Shown: piece after piece, positions 23,701 to 34,872 of the stretch
How the letters are laid out: each line of letters starts with the position of its first letter
Numbering within the stretch: the stretch's first letter is position 1
Origin: Bipalium vagum
Lineage: Eukaryota
Assembly (NCBI GenBank): GCA_037834085.1
Contig: JBBMKC010162369.1
Span: 1-37,107, forward strand
DNA: 37,107 nt
Reading direction: 5' to 3'
Made by a program: the position numbers and the translations under genes
The notes under the pieces: generated by a model
Databases searched by the model: none
Seen by the model: the letters and a program-made list of their open reading frames with translations, nothing else
What the model was told of the DNA's origin: nothing

Positions 23701-26700
23701 TGCAAGATTTATTAAAACAGAAAAAATTGGTTGACACTAAATACACAATATCCAGGAGGCTACATGAGCTAGGAAATATCCAAAAGGAATGAAAGTGATA
23801 TCTGTAATTGTTTAAGTATAGACACATCTGTACTTGCCTAACAGAGAAAAGAGTTATATTTCCGTACACTACGCACTCTCCAGACATATCTACAACAGAT
23901 TTTCATTATTTCAGGTTAATGGCACATTCTCTGAAAGGTGTGCAATTCAATTCTTACGAAGATGTCTAATTGGAGAGATCATTTCTTATCCACGGAATAT
24001 CTATGTTGCTAGATTTATGAATGAAAATCATTTTAAACGATGGAAAATACTTTTATTGATCATAATGTGTTATAAAATTAATATTAAAAGCTGTTTAAAA
24101 AGTTTAAAATTAATGCACCATCAATATATAAGACCTATTTAACGTGTCGCTAATTCTATGGCGTTCTTTTGTACTTCACCTGAAAGTTCTTTTAAATTTC
24201 GAGTTTTCGTTATCTAATGGTATTAGAAGACTGAAACGTGAAATTTTATTGTTTATGCACAAGTAATAAATTATATTAAATTTGTATTAAATCTCAAACA
24301 AGTATAACTTTTAAAGATTTTTTTTCAGAAAACTTAAAAAGTAATATTCATATTTTATTTATCAAAAATGTCTTCCATGTTTTCTTTTTCCCTTCCTTGT
24401 CATTCAATTTAGATAATCAATTGTTGTGTAATGATCATAGCATTCTCAAAAATCAACCAGTTTGACCTGAAAAAAATAGTTTTCCCGAGTTTTTCGTATT
24501 AATTTCTCCATGTTGGTAGTTGACTTCATGTTTGAGATCATTTCAATATTTTATTAAATAATTAAAACAGAAAATTGAAGTTAGATAAAAAAATTAACGG
24601 GTGATAAATAGAAATTCGGAGTAATTTAATCTTTAACGAACAAGTAACAGACAAAGATTTTTAAATAAAATTATACTTCACAAAAATATATATATATTTT
24701 TTTTTTCATTAATGTACAACGGAGTATGAACTATGGTCGGCTAGATGTCTCAACTTTGTCCTTATATCTCTGCAAGCTTCCGATTTTTTTCAAGAAAAGT
24801 CATATTCCTTTTTTTATTGTTCAAATTTTTTTCCTTTACAGTTATTTTTATATACAAGAGATTTTAGAATGCCAAAGAAATCTTCGATTTGGTGACATTG
24901 TCAAACATATTGTACCTTTAAAAAATATTTATAAATTTTGCATTAGCTCAGATTTCTAGTCATCACCCGTTAGTAAAATTCAAAGGTTTTCTGAGAGTAA
25001 CCATAAATAAGTCTTTCTGAAATATGGCGGTATTTTGTAATAAAAATTGTTGGGTATTAATCTTTTATGGTTTTGTTTAAATTTATTTAAATTTTTAAAA
25101 AAATAACATATTATAAAACGACTGTAATTAAAAATTTTCAAAAAAAAATTCTCTGAATCTCTGAAATTTAATCATTTTCTAAAAATAAAGATCAAAAGTA
25201 TTAATACTTTTTTTGTTGAAGTAATTTATCTTGTGAATTTTAACTTGCAAAAATTATGTGAAATAATAATTAATATCAATTGATCGATTAATTAAATGAA
25301 AAGCAATTAATAAGTAATTAAGAAAGTAATTAACTGTTAATTTTAAAAAATTTCCATTACTCTTACTTGATAATAATATATATCACAAATATTAACATTG
25401 GAAGGAAGCAGACAAAATTTATAATTATATTAAATTAATTTATTTTGGATAATCTTGAAAATTTAAAATCTTTCTTTGTGATTTAATTTTAAATTTTTAA
25501 AAAAATGATTATATTCATTACTTTTATTTAAAATATAACATTTTTAAAGCAATAAATGAGTATTACAAAAATATCGATGTTTTGTAAACAATAAAATGAT
25601 GAGAAAAAAATATTTTAAATTACTTTAAATAAAGAAAATTTAAAAAATCTCGATAAAACATAGACTTCTTAAAAAGAAAATATAATTTTTTTATATAATA
25701 CTTCAACAATTTTTTTGATATTGATTTCGCAAAAATAAATTCTATTTTTTTTAATTTTCTAAATTGTCTAAAATTCAAGTAATCTTTAAAAAATTAATTA
25801 AGCTTGTAAGAGTAATAATAATAGAAATAACTGAAACAAATCAACATTGTCATTATTAATTTTTAATTAATATTTATTATTAAAAAAATTCCTTAATGAA
25901 AATTTTTAAATATATATTTAATAAAAATATTTTATGTATATTTTTAAACAATAATCAATTAAAATACTCCTTTAGTAGTAGATTTAAAATTGTATTTGAT
26001 TTGTTAAGAAAACATTTTTAATATTTCAATTTCTTTAATATATAATATCTGTATTAAGAAAATGAAATTGAATGAAAAGCAAATTTATAAATAATTCATT
26101 AAAAAAATAATATTAACAGTTTTTTTGGTAAGTATACATAAAAATAATATAATCATTATAAAATATGTCGAGTGTTTCAAAAAAAAAACAGAAAATTTGA
26201 AATATTTCTGAAAAGTGAAAAAATTCCTACATAATAACTCGTATTTCAGATTCTCGTAATAGTTGAAATAAATTTATTTGTTTTATTAATTCAATTTATT
26301 AAAATAGTAGTAAAATAAATATAAATAAATATAACCATGGGCATAACCGAAAATATTAAATTTTTGGTGTGGTTCGGAAATTTATCAGCTTTTACATAAT
26401 GTTTGTGGCGAAATAAAGAGTTCGAGGAGAATCTAAGATATTGCAAATTAAAGGCTCAAGGAAACTATGGACTCTGAAAACTGTTAATGCAGTGTGTCCA
26501 TGCAAGGTGGGTTCCTCATAGATTAACAAAGAATCACATAGTACAGAGAGTGAATTTAGCACGAAAGCTGAACATTCACACAGTTGTCGTCGATGAAAAA
26601 TGGGTAAATAGTGATTCTTTACCATTTCGACAAGATAATTCTTACTGGGCTGCCGCAGATGGTGAGCGGGCACCTATTGCAAGAAGAACAATATGAGACA

Positions 26701-29700
26701 TGAAGCTTCACATAATTTTTCCTTGAAATTTTTGTGGTCATTTCCGCTTTTACAGAGTTTTACAGAGAAATCAATCTACTAATGCTGAACGTTATGTGGA
26801 TTTCCTTCAAAAAATCTTCAGATTTGGATCTCATGCATGATAATGCTCGTCCCCATGTGTCTATCAAGACACAAGCTTTCTGTAAAGAACATAAAATTAA
26901 AATTCTAAGGCAACAACCTTACTTTCCAGATAAGAATTTATCGGACAGGTTTGTCTTCAGAATCTGGAATTCGCCCGAAGAAAACTCGTTTTCTGATTAT
27001 CAAATCTCCAAAATTTCATGCAAACTAAAATGACAAAGTTAAAGCTATATAAAGAGTTCGAAGACTTGAGAAATCACCTGCATGAGATAATCAAGAAGCA
27101 TGGTGATTATACATAACTGTAATTGTATAAATAAATATATAAGTGGTTTAGTTGGATATTTTTGAATATTTTAGAATTTTAAAAAAGCACTATAATTTTA
27201 TTATGCAAAATATTATTAAAAAATATAAAACGAATTACGGTGTTTTTCAATATTTTATAAAAATATATTTTTTATTTAAAATAGTTTTATTATGTGACAA
27301 TTTGCTAAGTTTTAAAGTAGTCAAAATAGTAATATTTTTTGTTTCCAATTTTCATTGTAAAAAAAGTTTGAAATGTCTGTTTGTCTAGTGAAAACAAATT
27401 AAAATTCTCCTGTGTAAATTGAATAGAATAGATTAGTTGAATGATTTTACTGCTATTTCATAATATAGATATTTATCTTAAATTAAATTTCTATTGCCAA
27501 AAAATTTCTGAGTTAATTTTTGCATTTTTACAGATTATTTACATTATTTTTTATGTAGTTTTAAATTTCATTTTCATTATATTTCAATATATAATTTGGT
27601 TGTAAAAATTGTTTCACGTTAAAATTTTTTTTATATTATATATAAAATAACAAAAACTTAATAAGAAATGTACAGTTTTATTTAAAAATCTAGCTTATCT
27701 ATGTTTGAGTAAAGTAATTGCAGAATTGTTTTACTATATTTTACAATAACTCGATTCCAATCGAAACTTTATTAATCAAATTAACAATCGATAGATTCAA
27801 GATTATTTAGCCAATGGGAAGTACGCCAAATTATTTCATAATAAAAGTTTGGTTTATTTTAAAATTTAAATGATAAATAGAAAATATAAAAAATGTAAAT
27901 AGTTTCCTGTCTGGAATAAAAAAAAACATATTTTTCAGTAAAAATATTGAATTAACCGGAACAAGTTTTAGTCGGAAGTGGTAATGTTCGTTTTCTTATG
28001 AGATAAGCCTTCTGAACCAACATTTTCTCATTTAAAGGGTTATTTTATTTACTTTATACTTTATCCTGATAAAGGTTGTATTCGCTCCTGTTTTGCCAAA
28101 AATAATCACTTCCATTCTTCTCCTTTACTCTTTCTAGTTGGATTCACCAGATCAATGAATGATATCACAAGTTAACCACCAAATATTTAGCATTACCATT
28201 TCACCCATTAATATCTGACTTTACAGTGCTTACAAGAGGTCATCCATCTGACATATATTTGGAAATCTTCATGACCCACTGATCCATGCCAAAATATAAC
28301 AAAATCTAATAAAATTTCATTTTTTTTATATTGAAACAAAAATATTAAGGCCCAGTAAGTTCATGAGACGCCATTTTGTTTTTTCTATCAAAACTCAGTT
28401 CTTTATTCATTTTATTCATCAAGAGCTTAGTTTAGATATTTTGAATTGTGACCTTGTTAGGGTTGCTATCCACATTCAGAAACTTCAATATGATCAACAT
28501 TTTTAACTTTGAATATCGTAAAAAATCTAACCTATTATGAAATAAATGTGTTAAATTGATTTCAATGATTTGCATTTTTTCCCAAAGGAAATCTATGAAG
28601 GATACAATGGCGTATTTGGTATTCAATCAGGAATTTTTAGGTTATATCTACAAATTTAATGTATCCTCATCAAATTTTACAAAACAATATTCCATAAAAT
28701 CACATAAATTAATTAATATTAATAATTTCAACCAAAGTTCTTCGATTTGGAATCATTTCTAAATAAAATTGTTAAAATTTCCAGCTGCTCCACAACCTCC
28801 ATTGACAGTGGGACAACAACTGAAAAAGTCGATCAGACAGTCTTTCAGAAAACTTAAAAAGTTAAAACCGGCTGTGAAACATTCATACACTGTAAATGAA
28901 GAAAAGTCAAAAGACAAAGAGGAACAAAAACCAGTTGAAAAGAAAGACGAAAAAGACGCTGCAAAATCCGAAGAGGGTGAAGAATTGCAGAAAGAGATTC
29001 AGCAGGTCACTGAAGTAGAAGGTGCGGGGGATAAACCAAAGGAAGAAGTTAAGGATCATACTGAAGAAACTGATACTGTAAACACAACGAGTTTGTGATT
29101 AAATCATTGAAATTTGGTAAAAGTCCAAATTCAATTTTGTAGATGAAGCTCCTGCGGCCGAGACCACTGAAGCAGAATTGATAAATGTTGAAATTTCTCG
29201 AAAAGAAAGACCCATAACCACAGTTGGTTCTCTTTTACTCGTTTGTACAAACCTGACATCATCGAATAAAATTCCGTGTCTTTTTGCCGCTACAAACATT
29301 GGGTCGATATTTGCTTTCGAAATCTCATTTGAGGATGAAACGGACAATGTTGTTTTGGTTAAATTATGCAAGGAACTTCATATGCAGCACAAGGCACCTA
29401 TTTTATTGATGGCCATCACCAATTCGACCCACGCTCCTCTGATAAGTTCGGTAGATCAATTAGGATCATATCAAAGGTGATATTTTCTTATCTTGTTTTT
29501 TGTTTCATCAATCAACATATTATTTCAAATTTTATATATTTTTATTAAACATTTTTTTATATTTATTCATTTTATTCAAAGTATTTTTTTCTATTTATTT
29601 ACTAAAATAAATTATTTAAATATTTAATTATATTTAGTTTTTATTTTTATTTAATTATTTTTATTTATTTAATATTTTATTTTGTATTTTTTATTTATGA

Positions 29701-30730
29701 TATTGACGGTTTTATTGGAAATAAGAAATTTTTTTATTTATTTCTCAATATATTTTTATTATTTATATTTGTCTTTTGACTTTGACGGTTGTATTGGAAA
29801 TAGAAAAGTTAAGAATACTGACGAATCTAAAAATGAGGAAGAAAAACCTGAAGTCAACTGTGAATCGAAAGAGTTAGAAGCTGTCGTTAGTCCTTCGGGC
29901 GACGCAGAAGCCAAAGATGACATTAACTTGAAATCAGGAACGCTGCCTGCCGCAGTTGTTCATGAGGAAGGTGCTGAAATACCACCCGAAGGTCCAAGAC
30001 GTAGTGTAGATTCTACAAAGGATAAGATACCTGTATCAAATCCTAGCATGAAGAAATCTGGAACGTTACCTGCTTCATTTTTGCAAGCAATTGGAAAAAC
30101 CCAGAGTTCAGCAGATTCCCACGAATTGTTAGTGATTTCGGAAGAACAAGTGAAACTGTTCAATTTACCGTCATTAAAGGCAAAGTATAAGTATAAAGTT
30201 GTTGATACTGGCCATCATTATACCCATTCGAAAGGGTCCAGCTCTCAGGAAACGGAGGTGAGACATTTGTGTATTTGCTTTAAAGTCCATTTTTACAGTA
30301 GAAAAAATCATTCTCCCATTCGTTCATTTATTCTTAATCGATTATTAATTGTAATTTTTATTATTTTATTATCGATCAAGGCAATATTTTCTAAAACTTT
30401 TTATTTTATTAACATTATTTTCACTCATGAACCGTTGTATTTTTTGAAACTGTGACAGGGACAAACATGCCTTTCATAAATGACAAGATGAATTGTCTGG
30501 TGGAGGGGGTATTAATGAGTTTTCGGTGTTTTGGAAAGATTTAGCATCATCAGTGTATTACGTTTTGCTTAACAGTCTTGTCACAGCCAATGTTCAAATA
30601 TTTTTATATTGATCATCTCGTCAGTCACCATCATAATCCGAAATCTATCATTCCTCTTTCTATTCCAGGTTTAAGCACTTCTGCATTCCTCAATATCCTC
30701 CTTTCCTCTATCATTTCTGTTTCTAAAAAA

Positions 30731-30810
<80 letters not shown>

Positions 30811-31844
30811 CAGCAACAGCAAACAAATCAAGAAAAAAACGTTGATAATGGTAATGGTGAAGTATCGAACGAAGCATCTGTTTCGAAACCAGTTGTTCGA
30901 AGAATAGCATCGGTGGGCTTGTGTAAAATACTTGGATCAAAATCCAGTGGTAATAAATGGGGAGTGGCAATTGGATTGACAAACGGAGAAATTATCGGTC
31001 TTCAGATCAATAATCTTAAAAAATATTTTTCGGGTAATCCAAAATAAAATCCAATAAAAATAATAATTTCCACATTGTTTCCCCTGATTTATCAGACATT
31101 TTCAATAATTCAACATCACCCATTATCTCGAGTATATCGAATGGCGAATTGAACTTGGTGGTGTCATACAGCCACAAATGGAACGTTCACATCACGGATT
31201 TCAGTCAGACCAACAGTTTGCGATATGAGCCGCTCATGTCCATTGCATTGCCATTATCAGCACGACCAATAAAAGACAAACAGGAACCAGACACAGGAAA
31301 AGCGACATCGCCTGAAACGGCCGAAGAAGTGAGAATAATCGATTATTATTGGAAAAAAAATTTTGGAAACAAAAATCAATATTCATGTTTCATTAAGGAA
31401 AAAGTTAACGAAGGCGACGCAGCCATTGTCGTCAATGGACACGATCATGGTACGGCTACCGATGATCACGATGATGAAGAAGAGGAAAAAGATCAGATGG
31501 GTGACGAGGCCATTTTACAAAACACAAGTGCTGTCCATCATGGCGATATCACAATGGATTCCATTAAAGAATATATCACCAATGTGTAAGAGCAAAACAA
31601 ATATTATTATTTAATCTTTCTTTGATGTGATCTTTGTGTTTATGTATATGTCTTCATGATTTCGTTATTTCACAGAGACGGCAACATAACAATCAAGACC
31701 TTCGAAAGTACAAAAGAAAAGCAAATAACCGTTGACGGAGGTCATATTGTGACGACCATTCATGAAAAACAAATCAAGGATGGCGAAGTTATCAAAGACG
31801 ATGTGGTAAAGATCACATCGGATGCGCGCGTTTCTAATGAATAA
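9131..31844 (+). CDS. lgl: Lethal(2) giant larvae homolog (LGL/LLGL), WD40 double beta-propeller polarity protein, 19 coding exons, ~1406 aa
   Basis: Manual model join(9131..9226,9275..9372,9422..9500,9553..9659,9703..9891,11416..12077,12149..12197,13917..14056,14114..14277,20462..20695,22202..22489,22536..22746,28785..29090,29143..29476,29804..30257,30814..31033,31096..31328,31398..31585,31676..31844) = 4221 nt. All introns are GT-AG and the frame is open. LGL/tomosyn motifs: VAFDNELNLLALGTKKGEIKIFG, FHPTD..F.NGLVMIW, LLIFCESQMIAIDL, WPI...IATGHANGSICIW, W.LLAIGTSCGF.L.DF, KELHMQHKAPI, HELLVISEEQVKLFNLP. LGL-specific features: LKKSIRQSFRKLKK (aPKC site region) and C-terminal GDITMDSIKEY. No R-SNARE coil is present, so this is LGL rather than tomosyn. 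Confidence 0.9.
9948..10021 (+). repeat. (ATT)n microsatellite in an LGL intron
   Basis: About 24 perfect TTA units. They explain the spurious poly-Ile ORF 9841..10083. Confidence 0.95.
12690..13340 (-). mobile_element. Decayed Penelope-like element (RT C-terminus/linker and GIY-YIG endonuclease remnant)
   Basis: Minus strand, across frameshifts: HFL..DTKNSTITSYVNP (cf. YLxFxSxHPxxxKxSxIxxxVxRA), QAFVRNGF (cf. LxxNGY), KDDCINVCI (cf. CxDCxxxYIG) and S.SVCDNC....KIDWN (cf. SAIxEHxxxxxHxIDW). These occur in the order expected for PLEs. Confidence 0.5.
15790..16260 (-). mobile_element. Possible decayed FLYWCH zinc-finger/MULE-type transposase fragment
   Basis: Minus strand with frameshifts: FYYREKKDG..YW.C...*QNGSCEARN...FHN, resembling the FLYWCH pattern (Y..W.C..C.AR..H.H). 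Confidence 0.3.
16930..17290 (-). mobile_element. Decayed Tc1/IS630-type transposase N-terminal HTH fragment
   Basis: The minus strand reads SYDPKDVVRLLNVKYSTV*RIIDEYNK...PIGESR, a typical Tc1-like HTH followed by a GRPR-like position. Confidence 0.45.
17293..18395 (+). mobile_element. Decayed Tc1/mariner element of rosa/DD41D-like type
   Basis: MNLDLKIDIIRCYY..NSPSTAIRQ (DUF4817-like HTH), KSIRRLSMETNVSPTSIKRVL..KLKP, NYLDMLK, FI*DVTSPHYA..V..LNETF and DY*FW.FLKARVF. The right end reads ...TTCCTTGTTTTTGGAAAATCCTG|TA, with a partial inverted match AAAACCAAGGAAAAAA at ~17293-17308. Confidence 0.8.
20741..20773 (+). repeat. (ATT)n microsatellite
   Basis: Tandem TTA units. Confidence 0.9.
20955..21600 (-). 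mobile_element. Possible very decayed Tc1-like element
   Basis: Minus strand HKVYLFDDS (cf. KVIFSDES) and a C-terminal-like ...WSIIPLRERVVMK. The region is slightly GC-richer than the surrounding intron. Evidence is weak. Confidence 0.25.
23343..24126 (+). mobile_element. Internally deleted mariner element with TIRs
   Basis: TIR pair TATCGTGGTGCATTAATT (23343-23360) and AATTAATGCACCATCAATA (24108-24126). Translation gives FRHVPLFLF..KSIAETQKMLEETY, CKF*FTRF*SGNLDLNDKEKQG*P.KFEDSELQDLL, TISRRLHELG and HSPDISTTDFHYFRLMAHSL, which is Mos1-like. Confidence 0.88.
24597..24970 (-). mobile_element. Tc1/mariner-derived MITE / internally deleted element (~374 bp)
   Basis: Imperfect ~30 bp TIRs, ACGGGTGATAAATAGAAATTCGGAGTAAT and ATTAGCTCAGATTTCTAGTCATCACCCGT, flanked by TA on both sides (24595-24596 and 24971-24972). 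Strand assignment is tentative. Confidence 0.72.
26165..27190 (+). mobile_element. Decayed mariner (DD34D) transposon
   Basis: ARWVPHRLT, VVVDEKWV and LMHDNARPHVS...QQPYFPDKNLSD, with 34 residues between the last two Asp. Frameshifted. Ends are approximate. Confidence 0.85.
27815..28700 (-). mobile_element. Decayed mariner transposon, antisense in an LGL intron
   Basis: Minus strand, in order: EYQIRHCILHRFPLGKNA (mariner N-terminus), KMASHELT (WVPHELT), NEILLDFVI, MVMLNIWWLTCDIIH (KVMLxxWW..GIIH) and TTSD*NLFRLIQYF (APSDYHLFRSLQ). Confidence 0.72.
30730..30809 (+). repeat. (AAT)5-(ATT)n compound microsatellite abutting a 3' splice site
   Basis: AAT units switch to ATT units at ~30745, and the array ends 2 nt before the CAG acceptor at 30811-30813. 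Confidence 0.92.
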
Positions 31845-32623
31845 CAAACCGGTATATTATATTAAAGTAAAGTATTTCTAAGGTTCTGATTTTGGTTAAC
31901 ACTTAGCACAGAGAAAATTTCAATTATTTATTTATTATTATTATTATTGTTATTGTTATGATAATTATTATTGTACATCGATTAATTTTGATTTTGCTAA
32001 ATTTTGGTTTTGATTATTGATTAATGATCTTGAAAATTTCGCTTTCATTATTATTATTATTAATATTATTATTATTGAATAAAAATAAAATTGATTTTTT
32101 CTTCCTTTGCTCTCCTTTTATGATAATATTAATAAAATTATTTTTATCATCGTTCTCATTCTTTCTATCACTATTTAGAGAAATCGTTTTCTAACCTTTC
32201 CTTACTCAAGGAATCTAGATCACATTTTCAATTGTTTTTAGGTATTTTGACTGCTCCGCTCTTTACATTGTTAAGTATGCGTGTTTGTGTTAGAATTTTC
32301 ATTTTTTTATTTTGCGCCATTTTTGTTTTGAGAACATTTTATTTTTATTGTTATTATTATTATTACTACTATTAATACTATTACATCTACTATTATAATT
32401 ATTATTTAATAAAAATAATAATTTATACATGTACTATTGTTGATACAATCATTTTTATACAAAAAAAATATTTGTTAAAAATATGAGACAGAACTATTGA
32501 TTTTCATCTTTACTGATTTTTTTTCGTCTATCTCTATCTATTAGAACCGTGATTGGTGTCAGTAGATTTATTAAATTTTTTACTTTTTTATATGCGGAAG
32601 AATCTGTTAGTCTTCTTCATATG

Positions 32624-32661
32624 AGAGAGAGAGAGAGGCAGAGAGAGTGAGGGAACAGAGA
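32624..32661 (+). repeat. Imperfect (GA)n purine tract downstream of LGL
   Basis: GAGAGAGAGAGAGGCAGAGAGAGTGAGGGAACAGAGAG. Confidence 0.8.
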
Positions 32662-34039
32662 GATCGTCATTCAATTTGACACTGTTGGGCTAATGACCAC
32701 TGTAATGTTTGACACATTGAACATTGGAACATTTGAGAACATTCTAGTCGCATCCGTTCTTTGGAATGGAATATATTTTTCTCAGATCTTTTATGGCTTT
32801 TGGTGTTAATTATTCATTTTTTGTAATAATTTAGTTGATTATGTCTATATTTGTGAGCGTTTAATTTCGATTTTGTTTTATGTATATCTATATTTATATT
32901 TTTTGTTCAATATAAATGTTGTATGTAATTTTTCGGGCTTTATTTTTTTCTTTAAAATTTCTTTAAAAAAAAAGAAAAGAAAAGTATTATTGGGAATGAG
33001 AACCATGGGAAAATGTCTTGTTTTATTGACTTTCCGAATCTGGAGATAATTATTTATCTTTTTAAAATATTATTCAAAAAAATTGACCTAAAGTTAATTA
33101 AATTCAGATTTGATTAGAAGTTCTAATTTAGAACTCAAAGAAAAGAAAAAAATATAATTGTTTTAAGAAGTATTCGTCTTTCGATGCTTTGGGTCTGATA
33201 CAGACAGACATTGAATATTGGACCTCGTGTAATTAATTAATTGGAATACTTCTGATGCGACTTTGTTAGAAAAATTGCTTTAACGAAATCGACAAAAAAA
33301 TTATTAAACTAATTTAATAAAAAAGAGCTGCAAAAATATTGCAAATGAGATAATATTTATTAAAATTAAAATTATATAATAAAATAATGAGAATTATCTT
33401 TAAAATCTGTAACTTCTTAAAAATTATAGATAAAGAGTTGGAAATTTTTTGAATTCACGAATAATTAAATTATCTTTATAATCCGGGAAAACTTGTTTGA
33501 CTTTTTACAAAATATGTTCACATTGCTGAACTGTTCTTAGAAATTTTAATAAATTTCAAAATTTTGCTATAGGTTAAAAATGAAATTAATTAATTTATAT
33601 TTTTATACATAAATTTTTGAATATTTTGTAAATAGTTGATTATTAATTTTCTGTTGATGACAAGTTTTTCAAACTAAATATTTAAACTAATTAAAAACAT
33701 AATCTAACAGATTTAATCAATTTTATTGTGATTTAAATATAATATTTCTTATTAAACTACACAAACAGGAAACCTTTGGTATCTTAAAATATTCATTGGT
33801 TTTTGTTTTATCATTTTTGTAAACATAAAATAATTAGGTTGCACAATTAAACTAATTATTTTCAAAGAATTGTTTTATACACCCTTTAATTAAATTTTAT
33901 TATTAAAATAAAATTTAAAATATGTTTTTAAAACTTATTCAAATATTACTTAATTAAAAGTGCTTCTTTTCAAAATTAACAATAGGTCAGATACACAAAA
34001 ATTGTATGTTACAAATTACCAGTTATTGATATGATTGTA

Positions 34040-34805
34040 TTTTAAAAATCCATGTAGACTGTGGAAAGGTCTTTGAATCTAGAGCTTTTAAGACACTAGT
34101 CACACAGAGTAACACAAAACTCTATTTTTCTAGTCCGTATCATCATAACAACAACGGCATAATAGAACGGCAATTTCAAACAATATGTGACTATGGCTGA
34201 GAGAAGAAACAATGATTGGAAAAATTTGTTACCAGAAATTGAATTTGCCTAAAACGCAACATTTCAGAAAACGTTAGGATGCAGCCCAGCTGAACTCATA
34301 TTTTTCAAGAAAACTTTACAGAGGTTTGGGTCAGTAATAAAATATCAGAAAAATTAAAAAAAGAAAACGTTTAAGATAGACCAAGAGAAGCAACAACAAG
34401 AAATACTTGTGAAGGCCGAAGGCTGATAAGGATAAAGAAAGATACGAAAGTTCATACACGGTGAACAGAAAATTTTATGACAGGAGATATGCTTTGGAAG
34501 ATAGAGAAGGAAAAACAATTGAAATGAATGTGGAAAAAATTTTAAAAATCTTGAGTAGGGGGATGTAAGTATTCATACTGGTTTCTAATTTTTAAATTTT
34601 TATATTGTGCATAATTTAAATTTTTAATTAATTGTAAATTTAATTTTAATATTTATTTAGTTTAATTTTAATATTTATTTTAAAATATTTTTAATGGCAC
34701 AATATATTAATTTTTTAAGAATGGAAACTTTGTGTAAGTATTATTGCTTTAAAAAGCATTCAAAAATATATTGTTCAAAATATGACTGATTTTGTTGATA
34801 TTACA
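34040..34805 (+). mobile_element. 3' end of a Gypsy LTR retrotransposon: integrase C-half, polypurine tract and candidate 3' LTR
   Basis: KIHVDCGKVFESRAFK...FSSPYHHNNNGIIERQFQTI (D-35-E spacing), then DWKNLLPEIEFA*NATFQKTLGCSPAELIF and a decayed GPY-like segment. The PPT GAGTAGGGGGA lies immediately before TGTAA at 34564. Candidate LTR TGTAA...TTACA is 34564-34805. Confidence 0.85.
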
Positions 34806-34872
34806 GCTAACATTAATAATTAAATATTATAAATAATAAACAATAATAAAACCAAGTCAATATTTCAATATA

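Noticed and set aside
9131-31844. Tomosyn/STXBP5 assignment
   Set aside because: It has the LGL-type KKS.RQSFR and GDIT.DS motifs and no C-terminal R-SNARE coil.
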